64,000 nt of DNA from an uncultured Planctomycetota bacterium (GTDB lineage: Bacteria > Planctomycetota > Planctomycetia > Pirellulales > PNKZ01). Every line of letters begins with the position of its first letter. Within the stretch, counting starts at the first letter, position 1. The stretch is from contig CAVPTO010000003.1 of the NCBI GenBank assembly GCA_963708675.1, forward strand, positions 1,796,719 through 1,860,718, read 5' to 3'. Under the pieces are notes generated by a model. That model was not told the origin of the DNA. It saw nothing but the letters and a program-made list of their open reading frames with translations, and ran no database searches. The position numbers and the translations under genes are program-made. Below are positions 17,119-27,484 of the stretch, piece after piece.

Positions 17119-17484
17119 TTACGGTTGGGTGTTCGGGTTAGCCGCGTCGCTTGCGACGCGCTTGGCCTTCTCTTCAAGCCCCGACATGTGAAAGCGACGC
17201 GCGAGCTCCGCTTCGACATCATCGAGCGTGATCTCGCGATGAGCCAACAGCACGAACAAGTGGTAGATCACGTCGGCCGCCTCGCGAATGGTGTGCTGTC
17301 GGCCATCCTCGCCGGGCTCGCCGGCTGCTTCGACCACCTCGGCCGCTTCCTCGGTGATCTTGCCGCCGATCTTCGCCACGCCGCCGGCCAAAAGCGTCGT
17401 CGTGTACGACTTCTCGCTCGGCTTGGCCTTGCGATCGCTGATGATCGACATCAGTTGGTGCAAGATGTTCTGATCGCGAGTCAC
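17119..17484 (-). CDS. hisE: phosphoribosyl-ATP pyrophosphohydrolase (start uncertain: GTG 17484 or ATG 17451)
   Basis: SDRKAKPSEKSYTTTLLAGG...KITEEAAEVVEA...EAADVIYHLFVLL. Lies 9 nt upstream of hisG. Confidence 0.85.
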   Translation of the reverse strand: MTRDQNILHQLMSIISDRKAKPSEKSYTTTLLAGGVAKIGGKITEEAAEVVEAAGEPGEDGRQHTIREAADVIYHLFVLLAHREITLDDVEAELARRFHMSGLEEKAKRVASDAANPNTQP

Positions 17485-17613
17485 AGTCGACTTTGCCTTG
17501 GAACTCGAAGCGTGGACAATGTGCGGGAAGCCTTGTACTGTAAGTCGCGTCGATTCCCCGGGCAATCGCAAGCTCGGCGACGCCTCCATTTAGTGTACCG
17601 CACGCAAATCAAT

Positions 17614-18564
17614 GTGAGCTCCGACGACTCGGTCCGCCAGCGGATCGTCAGCGAGAGCTGGTTTCTCACGGGCCCCACGGCGAGCGGGAAGTCGCGCGTC
17701 GCCATCGAATTGGCCTCGCGTCTCGGAGGCGAGATCGTATCGCTCGATTCGATGGCCGTCTATCGAGGCCTCGACATCGGCACCGCGAAACCATCGTCCG
17801 ATGATCGGCAGCGCGTGCCGCACCATCTGCTCGACATTGTCGACATCGACGAAGAGTTCAGCCTGGCGCAGTACGTCGAGCAGGCGACAACGACAGCGCT
17901 CGACATTCTCGATCGCGGACGCGCCGTCGTGTTCGTCGGCGGCACTCCACTGTACTTGAAAGCGATGCTGCGCGGCATCTTCGAGGGACCACCGGCAGAT
18001 TGGGACTTGCGACATCGATGGCAATTCGAGTCGCAACAGCATGACGACGATTGGCTGCACGCGAAGGTCGCCGAGATCGATCCGGCCAGCGCACGCAAAC
18101 TCCATGCTCGCGACACCCGGCGATTGATTCGTGTGCTGGAAGTCTTCGCGAAGACAGGCCGGCCGATGAGCGAGCTTCAGCAGCAGTTCGATCGAGCGCG
18201 ATCAGCGAGCGATTGTCGCGTGTTCGTGCTCGATTGGCCGCGCGAGGTGCTATTCCGTCGGATCGACGAACGCGTCGATCGCATGTTCGCCGACGGGCTG
18301 GTTGACGAAGTGCGCGGCGTGCTTGCCACAGGTCGCACGTTCGGCCGCACGGCGGGTCAGGCGGTCGGCTATCGCGAAGTGCTCAAACATTTCGCCAGCG
18401 CTCGCGACCTTGCGGCGACGATCGAATTGGTAAAGACACGGACGCGGCAACTCGCCAAGCGGCAACTCACGTGGTTCCGCAGCTTGAGCGAATGCACGCC
18501 GATATCCATGACGGGGCAGGGGAGTGACGCGGTCATTCACACGATGCTTGCGAAGTCGAGATGA
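17614..18564 (+). CDS. miaA: tRNA dimethylallyltransferase
   Basis: FLTGPTASGKS, DSMAVYRGLDIGTAKP, VGGTPLY, LAKRQLTWFR. GTG start (alternative GTG at 17593). Confidence 0.9.
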   Translation: MSSDDSVRQRIVSESWFLTGPTASGKSRVAIELASRLGGEIVSLDSMAVYRGLDIGTAKPSSDDRQRVPHHLLDIVDIDEEFSLAQYVEQATTTALDILDRGRAVVFVGGTPLYLKAMLRGIFEGPPADWDLRHRWQFESQQHDDDWLHAKVAEIDPASARKLHARDTRRLIRVLEVFAKTGRPMSELQQQFDRARSASDCRVFVLDWPREVLFRRIDERVDRMFADGLVDEVRGVLATGRTFGRTAGQAVGYREVLKHFASARDLAATIELVKTRTRQLAKRQLTWFRSLSECTPISMTGQGSDAVIHTMLAKSR

Positions 18565-18671
18565 CCAATGGCGAACCTCCGTGGGCTTTGTGGTCCCTTT
18601 GCGATAGATGCCGATCGGTCTAGAATGCCGCCATTCTTTGCAAAATTCATTCGAAGTTAGCGAGGCGGTCC

Positions 18672-20438
18672 GTGCTGCGAACGCACACTTGTGGTCAGTT
18701 GCGAGCTGAAAACGCCAGCGAGGAAGCGACCCTCTGCGGTTGGGTCGACAGCTTTCGCGATCATCGCGGGCTGTTCTTCATCGATCTGCGCGACCGCTAC
18801 GGCAAAACTCAGGTGACGTTCGATCCAGGCAGCGGGGCTGAGGTGCTCGAGTTGGCCCGCTCGGTGAAGAGCGAATGGGTGATTGCCGTTACCGGTCGCG
18901 TGATGCAGCGGCCTGAAGGGATGCACAACCCGAAGCTGCCGACCGGCGACATCGAGCTACAGGCGACGCAGCTCAAGATTCTCAATAAGTGCCAGCCGCT
19001 ACCGTTCCTGCCGACGATCGCTGATCTGCCGAACGAGGAGCTACGCCTCAAGTACCGTTACATCGACCTGCGTCGGCCGCGGCTGCAAGAGTTGACGTTC
19101 TATCGCCATCGGCTGACGAAGCTGATTCGCGACTATTTCGATCGTAACGACTTTTTGGAGATCGAGACGCCCGTGCTCGGCCGCAGCACGCCGGAAGGGG
19201 CACGCGACTATTTGGTGCCGAGCCGTGTGCATCCCGGGCACTTCTACGCGTTGCCGCAGTCGCCACAGATATATAAGCAGATTCTGATGGTGTCGGGCTT
19301 CGATCGGTACATGCAGATCGCCCGATGCTTCCGCGACGAAGACCTGCGGGCCGATCGTCAGCCGGAGTTCACGCAGGTTGACGTCGAAATGGCCTTCGTC
19401 GAGCGCGAAGACATTCTGACAACGATCGACGGGCTGATCGCGTTCATCATGCACGAGCTGCGTGGCGTCGATGTCACGCTGCCGATCCCGCGACTCAGCT
19501 ATCGCGATGCGATGGAGAAGTACGGATCGGACAAGCCCGACCTCCGCTACGGAATGCAGCTTGTCGATATCGGCGACCTCGCGAGTGAATGCGGCTTTTC
19601 GGTGTTCAAGAACACGATCGCCAGTGGCGGGCGGGTGCGCGGCCTTAACGCGGTCGGCGCGGCGGCGAAGTACAGTCGCAAGAACATCGACGAGCTGACC
19701 GCCTTCGTTGCCGATTATAAGGCGAAGGGTTTAGCGTTCTTCCGCGTCACGGAAACCGGGCTCGATTCGCCGATCGCCAAGTTCTTCTCGGCCGACGAGC
19801 AGAAAGAGATCATGCGCCGCTTCGACGCGAAGGCCGGCGACTTGCTGTTCTTTGTGGCCGATACGAACAAGGTGACGTCAGCGGCGCTCGGTGCGTTGCG
19901 ATCGCGGCTTGGCAAGGAACTCGGCTTGTTCAATCCCGAGACGATGCACTTCGCGTGGGTGCTCGACTTCCCACTGTTCACGTACAACGACGAAGAAAAG
20001 CGTTGGGACGCCGAGCATCACCCATTCTGCGATCCGGTACCGGAAGATGTGCCGTACTTCGACACCGACCCGGGCAAGATTCGTGCGCAGTCGTATGACC
20101 TTGTGATCAACGGTAGCGAAGCGGCCAGCGGCAGCGTTCGTATTCACGACGCCGCAGTGCAACAGAAGGTATTCGATTTGCTCGGCATCAAGCGTGAAGA
20201 AGCGGAACATCGCTTCGGCTGCTTGTTGGAGGCCTTGCGTTATGGCGCTCCGCCGCACGCCGGCATCGCATTGGGATTGGATCGTTGGGTGATGTTGCTC
20301 ACCGGGTGCGACAACATCCGCGATGTCATCGCCTTTCCGAAGACGCAACGCGCGTCAGATCAGATGACCGGCGCGCCGAGCGACGTTGATGCTCGACAGC
20401 TTCGCGATTTGCATATCAAAGTGGCGAAGCCGGAGTGA
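18672..20438 (+). CDS. aspS: aspartate--tRNA ligase
   Basis: [20 protein letters not shown], class II motifs [30 protein letters not shown]. 588 aa. GTG start with a GAGG SD. Confidence 0.95.
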   Translation: MLRTHTCGQLRAENASEEATLCGWVDSFRDHRGLFFIDLRDRYGKTQVTFDPGSGAEVLELARSVKSEWVIAVTGRVMQRPEGMHNPKLPTGDIELQATQLKILNKCQPLPFLPTIADLPNEELRLKYRYIDLRRPRLQELTFYRHRLTKLIRDYFDRNDFLEIETPVLGRSTPEGARDYLVPSRVHPGHFYALPQSPQIYKQILMVSGFDRYMQIARCFRDEDLRADRQPEFTQVDVEMAFVEREDILTTIDGLIAFIMHELRGVDVTLPIPRLSYRDAMEKYGSDKPDLRYGMQLVDIGDLASECGFSVFKNTIASGGRVRGLNAVGAAAKYSRKNIDELTAFVADYKAKGLAFFRVTETGLDSPIAKFFSADEQKEIMRRFDAKAGDLLFFVADTNKVTSAALGALRSRLGKELGLFNPETMHFAWVLDFPLFTYNDEEKRWDAEHHPFCDPVPEDVPYFDTDPGKIRAQSYDLVINGSEAASGSVRIHDAAVQQKVFDLLGIKREEAEHRFGCLLEALRYGAPPHAGIALGLDRWVMLLTGCDNIRDVIAFPKTQRASDQMTGAPSDVDARQLRDLHIKVAKPE

Positions 20439-20465
20439 TCGTTCACTTTTCATTCAATCGTCAGC

Positions 20466-21524
20466 TTATTCGCTCGTCGGCGGCGGCGCTAAGAATTGCG
20501 TGAATCGCGATGACTCGATTTCGCGCAGTTCGTCGCCGTCGGCAATCGTGATCATCACGGCAAGCTCGGGCCGATCTTCGACGAACTTCAAACCACGCAC
20601 GGGGCCGAGGACGGAGACGGCCGTGGCTACGCTGTCGGCGGTGATGCATTCTTTCGCGACGACGGTGGCGGAGATTCGCGACGTGAGCCCGAGGCCGGTG
20701 TGCGGGTCGACGATGTGCGAGTAGCGATGGCCGTCGAGTTCGACGAACTGATAGGCGTCACCGGAGGTTGTGACCGCGGCGTTGGCAATCAGCAGATAGC
20801 GCGTCGGTTCGCCGCTTTGGCCATCGGGGATGACGCCAAGCCGCCAACCGTCCTTGCCCGGTGGTGGATCGCTGACGCCAACGTCGCCGCTGGCGTTGAC
20901 GAGCGCGCTTGTAATACCACGCTCGCGCAATGCCTTGAGCGCCTCATCGACGGCGTAACCCGCCGCGATCCCGCCGAGGTCGAGCCGCATGCCGGGTTTC
21001 AGAAGTTGCGCGGTGTGAGCCGTTTCGTCGAGGACGAGCGACCGATACCCGACGGCGGCCAGGGCTTCGGCAAGCCGCGGGGCAGGGGGGAACTCCTTGC
21101 TTCGCCGGGCTCGACGCCAGAGCTTCACGATCGGCCCGACCGTGACGTCGAATGCCCCGTCCGTTTGCTCCGCCAAACGCTGTGCTCGCCATAGGACAAA
21201 CCACAAATCCTCGCTAATCGGAACCGCCTTGCCAGTGCCGGCCGTCGCGCTCAGTCGGGAGAGTTCGCTGTTTGGGTCGTAGTCGCTCAGAACGCTGTTG
21301 AGCTGTCGAAATCGGTCGAAAGCCGCCACGGCAGCATTGTTTGCGGCGTGCTCGTCGGCTGCATACAATACGACTTCTACGAGCATTCCCATGTGGGGCT
21401 GCTCGAAGCGGTAACGCGAGAGCGACGGCTCGGCAGCGGCCGCGACGATGGCTCCGCAGAACAATCCCGCCCACCCAACGCAGCTCGTCAACGGTTTGTG
21501 CATCGCCCTTGGCCGCGCTTCCAT
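20466..21524 (-). CDS. apbE: FAD:protein FMN transferase (ApbE family)
   Basis: Signal/lipoprotein-like N-terminus. FEQPHMGMLVEVVLY, DLGGIAAGYAVD, TSGDAYQF motifs. Confidence 0.85.
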   Translation of the reverse strand: MEARPRAMHKPLTSCVGWAGLFCGAIVAAAAEPSLSRYRFEQPHMGMLVEVVLYAADEHAANNAAVAAFDRFRQLNSVLSDYDPNSELSRLSATAGTGKAVPISEDLWFVLWRAQRLAEQTDGAFDVTVGPIVKLWRRARRSKEFPPAPRLAEALAAVGYRSLVLDETAHTAQLLKPGMRLDLGGIAAGYAVDEALKALRERGITSALVNASGDVGVSDPPPGKDGWRLGVIPDGQSGEPTRYLLIANAAVTTSGDAYQFVELDGHRYSHIVDPHTGLGLTSRISATVVAKECITADSVATAVSVLGPVRGLKFVEDRPELAVMITIADGDELREIESSRFTQFLAPPPTSE

Positions 21525-21557
21525 ACCCCCGGCCTACCTAAGAGGATTTCGATCGAC

Positions 21558-22628
21558 ATGTTCAGCCTAGTTCGCCGTTCGGTGTTGTCGCAAGTATTGC
21601 GGACGAGCGCCGTGTTATTCGGAATCGTTGGCGCGCTATCGTTGCAATCAGTCATGGCGGCAACGCCGTCGTTGAAAGTCGACGGCGCCGATGCCGCGAG
21701 CGAAGCCGAAATGAAGCCGTACACCGACGTGTTGGAGAACACGCAGGTTCAGTTCGAGATGGTGCCGATCCCGGGGGGCAAGTACACGATGGGCAGCCCC
21801 GACAGCGAAGCCGGCCGCAGCGACGACGAAGGCCCGCAGCACGAAGTCGAGATTTCGCCGTTCTGGATGGGCAAACACGAAGTGACCTGGGACGAGTATG
21901 AGATCTTCATGTTTCAGCTCGACATCGCCCAACGAAAGCTGACGAGCGCCGAGTCGACGCCGCTGGAGAAGGCGGCTGACGCGCTGCTGCGTCCCACGAA
22001 GCCGTATACCGACATGACGTTTGGCATGGGCAAAGAAAAGTTCCCCGCGATCTGCATGACGCAATTCGCCGCGAAGAAGTATTGCCAATGGCTGAGCGCG
22101 AAGACGGGCCGCTTCTATCGTCTGCCGACCGAGGCCGAGTGGGAGTACGCATGCCGTGCCGGAACGAAGACCGCGTTCTCGTTTGGCGACGATGCGTCGA
22201 AGCTCGGCGACTATGCGTGGTTCTACGAGAACAGCGACGAGGCGTATCATCCGGTCGGCCAGAAGAAGCCGAACCCGTGGGGACTGTTCGATATTCACGG
22301 CAATGTCAGCGAGTGGTGCGCCGACGGATATGTTGCCGATTACTACGCTTCGCAAGCCGGAAAGCTGACAAAGGATCCGTTCAACGTGCCGACCGACGTC
22401 GAACCGTGTACGGTTCGCGGCGGTTCGTGGGATGACGACCCCGAGCGGCTGCGTAGTGCCGCGCGTCGTCCGTCGCACTTGGATTGGAAGCAACAAGACC
22501 CACAGATTCCTCAGAGCATTTGGTACTACACCGACGCGTTGTTCAACGGCTTCCGCATTGTGCGTCCGTTGAAGGAACCGCCGGAAGAAATGAAGTCGCA
22601 ATACGGATTCGAAGATACTTCGCGGTAA
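21558..22628 (+). CDS. secreted formylglycine-generating-enzyme family protein (SUMF1/EgtB/PvdO domain)
   Basis: Signal peptide. GGKYTMGSP, PQHEVEISPFWMGKHEVT, RLPTEAEWEYACRAGT, GNVSEWC, VRGGSW. Confidence 0.85.
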   Translation: MFSLVRRSVLSQVLRTSAVLFGIVGALSLQSVMAATPSLKVDGADAASEAEMKPYTDVLENTQVQFEMVPIPGGKYTMGSPDSEAGRSDDEGPQHEVEISPFWMGKHEVTWDEYEIFMFQLDIAQRKLTSAESTPLEKAADALLRPTKPYTDMTFGMGKEKFPAICMTQFAAKKYCQWLSAKTGRFYRLPTEAEWEYACRAGTKTAFSFGDDASKLGDYAWFYENSDEAYHPVGQKKPNPWGLFDIHGNVSEWCADGYVADYYASQAGKLTKDPFNVPTDVEPCTVRGGSWDDDPERLRSAARRPSHLDWKQQDPQIPQSIWYYTDALFNGFRIVRPLKEPPEEMKSQYGFEDTSR

Positions 22629-22697
22629 CCACGGGGCGCGGCCTCTTACCCTCATACGTCGTCGTTCAGCATTCATCGTCTATCAGGAGCAACGCAC

Positions 22698-24053
22698 ATG
22701 GATCAGTCATCTTCGCTGCCGTCTCGGCGCGATTTCGTGAAACTCTCAACCGCTGCCGCGGGACTCGTGGGTTCGTTGAGCGTCGCTCGTAGCGCCCACG
22801 CCGCCAGCAGCGACATCATTAAGATCGGCCTCATCGGCTGCGGTGGTCGTGGGTCGGGCGCTGCGAAGAACGCTCTCGATGCCGATCCGAATGTGAAGTT
22901 GGTCGCCATTGGCGATGCCTTTCAAGATCAAGTCGACAAGTCGGTCAATGCGCTGTCGAAGCTCGGCGACCGCGTCGCCGTGCCGAAGGACAAGCAGTTC
23001 GTCGGGTTCGACGCTTACAAGCAAGTGATCGCATCGGATGTTGACCTCGTCATTCTCGCGACGCCGCCGGGCTTCCGTCCGATTCACTTCGCCGCCGCGG
23101 TTGAAGCTGGCAAGCACGTGTTCATGGAAAAGCCCGTCGCCGTCGATGCTCCGGGCGTTCGCGCGGTGATCGAGACGGCGAAGAAGGCCAAGCAAAAGAA
23201 CCTGGGCGTCGGAGTTGGTCTGCAGCGCCGTCACCAGGCCTCGTACATCGATGCGGTTAAGCGGATCCAAGACGGTGCCATCGGCGATGTCATCGCACAG
23301 CGCGTGTATTGGAACTCGGCCGGCGTGTGGGAACCGCGCAAGAATCGCGAGGACTGCAAGAGCGACATGGAGTACCAGATGCGCAATTGGTACTACTACA
23401 ACTGGTTGTGTGGCGATCACATCGTCGAGCAGCACATTCATAACCTCGACGTCGGCTGCTGGGTGAAAGATGCTTGGCCCGTCGCAGCCGAGGGCATGGG
23501 TGGCCGCCAGGTGCGCGTCGATCCGAAGTACGGCGAGATCTACGATCACCACGCCGTAGAGTTTGAATTCGGTGACGGCACGCGAATGTTCAGCTTCTGT
23601 CGCCATATTCCGCGCAACTGGAATAGCGTCAGCGAGCACATGCACGGAGCCAAAGGCACAGCCAACCTGAACGGCAGCGGCTCGGGCAGCGCCACGATCG
23701 CGACGAAGGAAGGCGAGTGGAAGTTCAGCGGCGAGTCGATCGATCCGTATAAAGTCGAGCATGCCGCGTTGTTCTCAAGCATTCGTTCGGGCACGCCGAA
23801 CAACGAAGGCGAACGTGGCGCGAAGAGCACGATGGTTGCGATTCTCGGCCGGTACTGCACCTACTCGGGTCGCATGATCACGTGGGACGAAGCGATCAAT
23901 TCGAACGTGAGCTTGGCCCCGACCGAATACTCGTGGGACGTCATGCCGCCGGCCCCGAGTGTCGCGATGCCTGGTTTCACCGACATTCTCGGCACCGGTC
24001 TGGCTCAAAGCTCGCAGAACGAGAAGAAGAGCCGCAGCCAGCGGAAGAAGTAA
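22698..24053 (+). CDS. Gfo/Idh/MocA family oxidoreductase with Tat signal
   Basis: SRRDFVKLSTAAAGL, Rossmann motif IGLIGCGGRG, EKP motif FMEKPVA. Confidence 0.88.
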   Translation: MDQSSSLPSRRDFVKLSTAAAGLVGSLSVARSAHAASSDIIKIGLIGCGGRGSGAAKNALDADPNVKLVAIGDAFQDQVDKSVNALSKLGDRVAVPKDKQFVGFDAYKQVIASDVDLVILATPPGFRPIHFAAAVEAGKHVFMEKPVAVDAPGVRAVIETAKKAKQKNLGVGVGLQRRHQASYIDAVKRIQDGAIGDVIAQRVYWNSAGVWEPRKNREDCKSDMEYQMRNWYYYNWLCGDHIVEQHIHNLDVGCWVKDAWPVAAEGMGGRQVRVDPKYGEIYDHHAVEFEFGDGTRMFSFCRHIPRNWNSVSEHMHGAKGTANLNGSGSGSATIATKEGEWKFSGESIDPYKVEHAALFSSIRSGTPNNEGERGAKSTMVAILGRYCTYSGRMITWDEAINSNVSLAPTEYSWDVMPPAPSVAMPGFTDILGTGLAQSSQNEKKSRSQRKK

Positions 24054-24076
24054 TTGACGATTATCGAAGTAAGTAG

Positions 24077-24119
24077 CGCGGACCGCGTGCTCGATTAGAG
24101 CCGCGGTCCGCGATTTTTG
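24077..24119 (+). terminator. rho-independent terminator after the oxidoreductase gene
   Basis: CGCGGACCGCG (24077-24087) pairs with CGCGGTCCGCG (24102-24112), followed by TTTTT (24114-24118). Confidence 0.75.
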
Positions 24120-24142
24120 ATGCACCACACAGGGAGTTACTC

Positions 24143-24874
24143 ATGAAGGTCGCGCGCGTCATGCTGTTCGTGTTGATTGGTGTTTCGTTGGTGTATGCAG
24201 CAGATGCGCCGGCGAAGAAATCAGCCGATGAGCCCGCAAAAAAGGGTGCGACCGCGCCGACGAAGAAAGCCCGCGCTCCGAGCCCTTCGCTACAGCCGAT
24301 CAAGGACGAACCGGGCCTGCCGCGCGTGTTGCTCATCGGCGACTCGATCTCGATGGGCTACACGCTCGCCGTGCGCGAGCAACTTGCCGGGAAGGCGAAC
24401 GTTCATCGCATTCCAACTAACGGCGGTCCGACAATCAAGGGGCTTGAAGCGATTGATAGTTGGCTGGGCGATTCGAAGTGGGACGTCATTCACTTCAACT
24501 GGGGTTTGCACGACTTGAAGATGATGGACACCGGCATGCAGCAGGTGCCGCTGCCCGAGTACGAAGCGAACCTCAAGAAGCTCGTCGCGCGCATGAAGCA
24601 AACGGGCGCGAAGCTCATCTGGTGCACGACGACGCCGTTTCCCAAAGGTGGCCTAACGCCCACGCGCAAATATGAAGATCTGCTCGCCTACAACGCCGTG
24701 GCGTTGAAGGTGATGAAGGCCAACGACGTGGCGATCGACGATTTGTGCGCCTTCGCCGAGCCGCAACTCGACAAGATTCAGATCCCGGAGAACGTTCACT
24801 TCACCGGCGAAGGCTCGGCTGTGCTCGCGCAACAGGTGTCGCGCAGCATCCTCGACGCGCTCGGTAAGAACTAA
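24143..24874 (+). CDS. secreted SGNH/GDSL hydrolase
   Basis: Signal peptide. Block I LLIGDSISMGY. GG and DxxH-like blocks. Confidence 0.8.
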   Translation: MKVARVMLFVLIGVSLVYAADAPAKKSADEPAKKGATAPTKKARAPSPSLQPIKDEPGLPRVLLIGDSISMGYTLAVREQLAGKANVHRIPTNGGPTIKGLEAIDSWLGDSKWDVIHFNWGLHDLKMMDTGMQQVPLPEYEANLKKLVARMKQTGAKLIWCTTTPFPKGGLTPTRKYEDLLAYNAVALKVMKANDVAIDDLCAFAEPQLDKIQIPENVHFTGEGSAVLAQQVSRSILDALGKN

Positions 24875-24891
24875 CTACCTTCGGGAATTAA

Positions 24892-25269
24892 CTACTGCCT
24901 GGGTCCCGCCCATCCATTTTCGTAGAGTGGCGAACGCCCACCTGCGGTAATATCCGGCCCATACGCGGGGCCCGTGAAGCGCGGAGCGTACCCGTACGGC
25001 CGCCAGTAGCGATACTCGGGATATCCGCTTCCGTAGCCGTAGTAGAACGGCTTGTAGCCGTAACCGTAGTTCGGACGGTAGTTGTAGAACCGGCTGAGGC
25101 AGCCCGTATACGGCGGTTCGTTGCACTCGGCATTGCTGCGCTGCGGCGTGCACTTGCCTTGGTCGCACCTGCCCTGGCTGCACGGGTTTTGGTTATTCTG
25201 CGCGTCGACGGTAGCGACAGCACCGAACATTCCTACCAGCACCGCCAGAACCATGAACGTCTGTTTCAT
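24892..25269 (-). CDS. small secreted Tyr/Gly/Pro-rich protein
   Basis: Signal peptide MKQTFMVLAVLVGMFGAVATVDA. Cys-rich segment, then a YGYGYKPFYYGYGSGYPEYRYW low-complexity segment. Confidence 0.6.
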   Translation of the reverse strand: MKQTFMVLAVLVGMFGAVATVDAQNNQNPCSQGRCDQGKCTPQRSNAECNEPPYTGCLSRFYNYRPNYGYGYKPFYYGYGSGYPEYRYWRPYGYAPRFTGPAYGPDITAGGRSPLYENGWAGPRQ

Positions 25270-25508
25270 TGGATTCTCCTGGTGGTAGTGATCGACCGAC
25301 TACGCCGGTGCTGTCGCACTCAATTCTTGGCGCATCGGACGTAAAGACAGGCTGATTCTCGCGCCGCCGTAACGTTGTTCGTGTCGTAACGGTTGTACCG
25401 CTGGCGCAGGATTGACCGCGAAACGTCATACGTTTCACGTAACGTGCGACATGTGGCCGATTCTGGGCAAAGCAGCGAACTGTGAGCCACGTTAGTCACG
25501 GAGGAGCC

Positions 25509-25757
25509 ATGGCCAAATTCCGACGCCCCGCCCCGCCGAAAGTCCGTGCAACGCTCTATCTGCCGTTGGACGTGCTCGACGAAGCGCGGGATGCCGCCGT
25601 GCATCTGGCCGGGTTCCCCGCTCGGTTGACACTCACCGGGCTGGCCGAGAACGCTTTGCGTGCTGAATTGCAACGATTGAAGGATCGCTACAACGGCGGG
25701 ATGGACTTTCCGCGACGCAACGAAGACCTCAGGGGCGGCCGCCCCATCGCGGCCTAG
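25509..25757 (+). CDS. small DNA-binding protein, tentatively ribbon-helix-helix (CopG/ParG-like)
   Basis: Strong SD GGAGGAG before the ATG. VRATLYLPLDVLDEARDA...LTLTGLAENALRAELQRLKDRYNGG resembles RHH centromere-binding/repressor proteins. Confidence 0.55.
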   Translation: MAKFRRPAPPKVRATLYLPLDVLDEARDAAVHLAGFPARLTLTGLAENALRAELQRLKDRYNGGMDFPRRNEDLRGGRPIAA

Positions 25758-25881
25758 CATATGCGCATCCCAACGGGGACCAACGCCGGTAGCCATCGTC
25801 CCGAACTCGACAAGCTCCGCCAGGAGTTGCTTCGTCGCATCCTCGAAAGCGAACAGCGCCGTAAGCATCAAAGCGGCACCC

Positions 25882-26907
25882 ATGCCAAATGATCGCCGGC
25901 TGCTGCTGTTGCTGCTGATCTGGATCGGACTGGTCCGCGACGGTTTTGGGCAGGTTGAGCGTTACTCACTCGTTCCTGCCGCAAGATCGATTCGGTCACG
26001 CGCCGTTACCGCCTCCGACGAAAGGCCGCACCCTGCCGTCGTGCGCGTAATTGCACCCGAACGCGATGGCACCGCTGCGTACGGCTCGGGAACACTTGTC
26101 GACGTCAACGACGCCGTGGGCTTGGTCATTACCAACTGGCACGTCGTCCGCGACGCCACCGGCAGCGTGACGGTCGTGTTCCCCGATGGATTTCGCACCG
26201 CCGCACAAATTGCAAAGACCGACAAGGATTGGGATCTCGCGGCACTCGTCTGCGCGAAACCCAACGTCGCGCCCGTCGCGTTGGCGAAAGCGGCGCCGCG
26301 ACCAGGCGAGATGCTTACCATCGCTGGTTACGGATCAGGCGACTATCGCACGGCGACAGGGCGATGCACGCAGTACCTCGCGCCAGGGCCGAAGTTCCCG
26401 AGCGAGATCGTTGAACTCGAAGCCGACGCACGGCAAGGCGACTCGGGTGGCCCGATCTTCAACGCTCGCGGCGAACTCGCCGGCGTGCTCTTCGGTGAGG
26501 CCGGAGGCATGACGGCCGGCAGCTATTGCGGTCGCGTCGATCAATTTCTGAAAACGGCATTCATGCCCTCGACGGCGCCCAGCGGCGGAGCTTCGTCGAT
26601 GAGAACGCAATCGCAGCCGTCGATGGCGATGCGGCCCATCGATCGACATCGCGCGATGACTCAACCATCGCAGCAAAGCGTCGACGATCATCCTGCCGAC
26701 GTTGCTTGGGGACCGCTCGAGCCGGTCTACGACATCGCGCCCACTTCAACGTCGCCATCATCGTCAGGTTTCGACTGGGCGATGATCTTCGGACGAACGC
26801 CGCTCGAAGCGGTGAAGACGTTCCTCGCAATTGTCGGACTGCTGACGCTGATGAAGCTGCTGCTTCGCCCGTCCATGCATAAGCCCGAGCCGATGCCGAG
26901 CGACTGA
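25882..26907 (+). CDS. trypsin-like serine protease with C-terminal membrane anchor
   Basis: Catalytic triad contexts TNWHVV, DWDLAAL, GDSGGPIF. C-terminal TM FLAIVGLLTLMKLLL. Confidence 0.8.
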   Translation: MPNDRRLLLLLLIWIGLVRDGFGQVERYSLVPAARSIRSRAVTASDERPHPAVVRVIAPERDGTAAYGSGTLVDVNDAVGLVITNWHVVRDATGSVTVVFPDGFRTAAQIAKTDKDWDLAALVCAKPNVAPVALAKAAPRPGEMLTIAGYGSGDYRTATGRCTQYLAPGPKFPSEIVELEADARQGDSGGPIFNARGELAGVLFGEAGGMTAGSYCGRVDQFLKTAFMPSTAPSGGASSMRTQSQPSMAMRPIDRHRAMTQPSQQSVDDHPADVAWGPLEPVYDIAPTSTSPSSSGFDWAMIFGRTPLEAVKTFLAIVGLLTLMKLLLRPSMHKPEPMPSD

Positions 26908-26949
26908 ATCGCTCAGCAAACTCGGCAGTGGCTACTCGGCAGAAGTGAG

Positions 26950-27417
26950 CTACTCGGCCGATCGACCGCTCGAGGGGCCACCACCGCTGCTGCTTTCGGC
27001 AACGAGCGGCAAACGGCCCGCGAAACCCGCTTCTAATTCGTGCCAGTGAAGCACCTCGGGCTCGCCTAGCTTCCAGCACAGATACACCTCGCGTCCGTCC
27101 ATGATCGACGGAAAGTCGACGAGACCGTCGGGCCCGCTCTTGGGTTCGACACCCAAGCTGCGCAGCTCGGTGATGTATTCCTGCAACTGCTCGGCGTCGC
27201 GTTCCAGCTCTTGTTCGACTTGGCTGAGCTCTTGCGAGTACACGTCCGAACCTTGCGATCCGCGACCAGCCATCAACTCCGAAACGCGTTGGCGACGTTC
27301 GATGACTTCGCGCGAGAGCTCGACAAGGTCCTTGACGATGGACCTCACAAGCGGAAGCACCTGATTCGCTTGCTCAACGGTGAACAGCTTACGATCGTTC
27401 GAAGACTTGTCGGGCAT
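26950..27417 (-). CDS. DUF2203 family protein
   Basis: KLFTVEQANQVLPLV..., coiled coil, GLVDFPS...REVYLCWKLGEPEVLHWHE..GFAGR. Confidence 0.7.
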   Translation of the reverse strand: MPDKSSNDRKLFTVEQANQVLPLVRSIVKDLVELSREVIERRQRVSELMAGRGSQGSDVYSQELSQVEQELERDAEQLQEYITELRSLGVEPKSGPDGLVDFPSIMDGREVYLCWKLGEPEVLHWHELEAGFAGRLPLVAESSSGGGPSSGRSAE

Positions 27418-27484
27418 TCGTGGGGACCTATCTCAAAAGCACGTCAACGGTTTGTTTGTTGTACGCGCTGCCAAGGAAGTTCGT

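Noticed and set aside
16093-17613. The first roughly 500 codons of the 823-aa ORF 16093..18564
   Set aside because: This part is antisense to the clearly real hisG and hisE genes and translates to Arg/Ala/His-rich nonsense. Only the last 317 codons (miaA, from GTG 17614) are credible. It is a typical high-GC shadow ORF.
25509-25757. RHH protein as part of a plasmid-type partition (ParA/ParG) or toxin-antitoxin locus
   Set aside because: There is no ParA ATPase and no recognisable toxin adjacent. The overlapping minus-strand ORF 25320..25883 is antisense junk.
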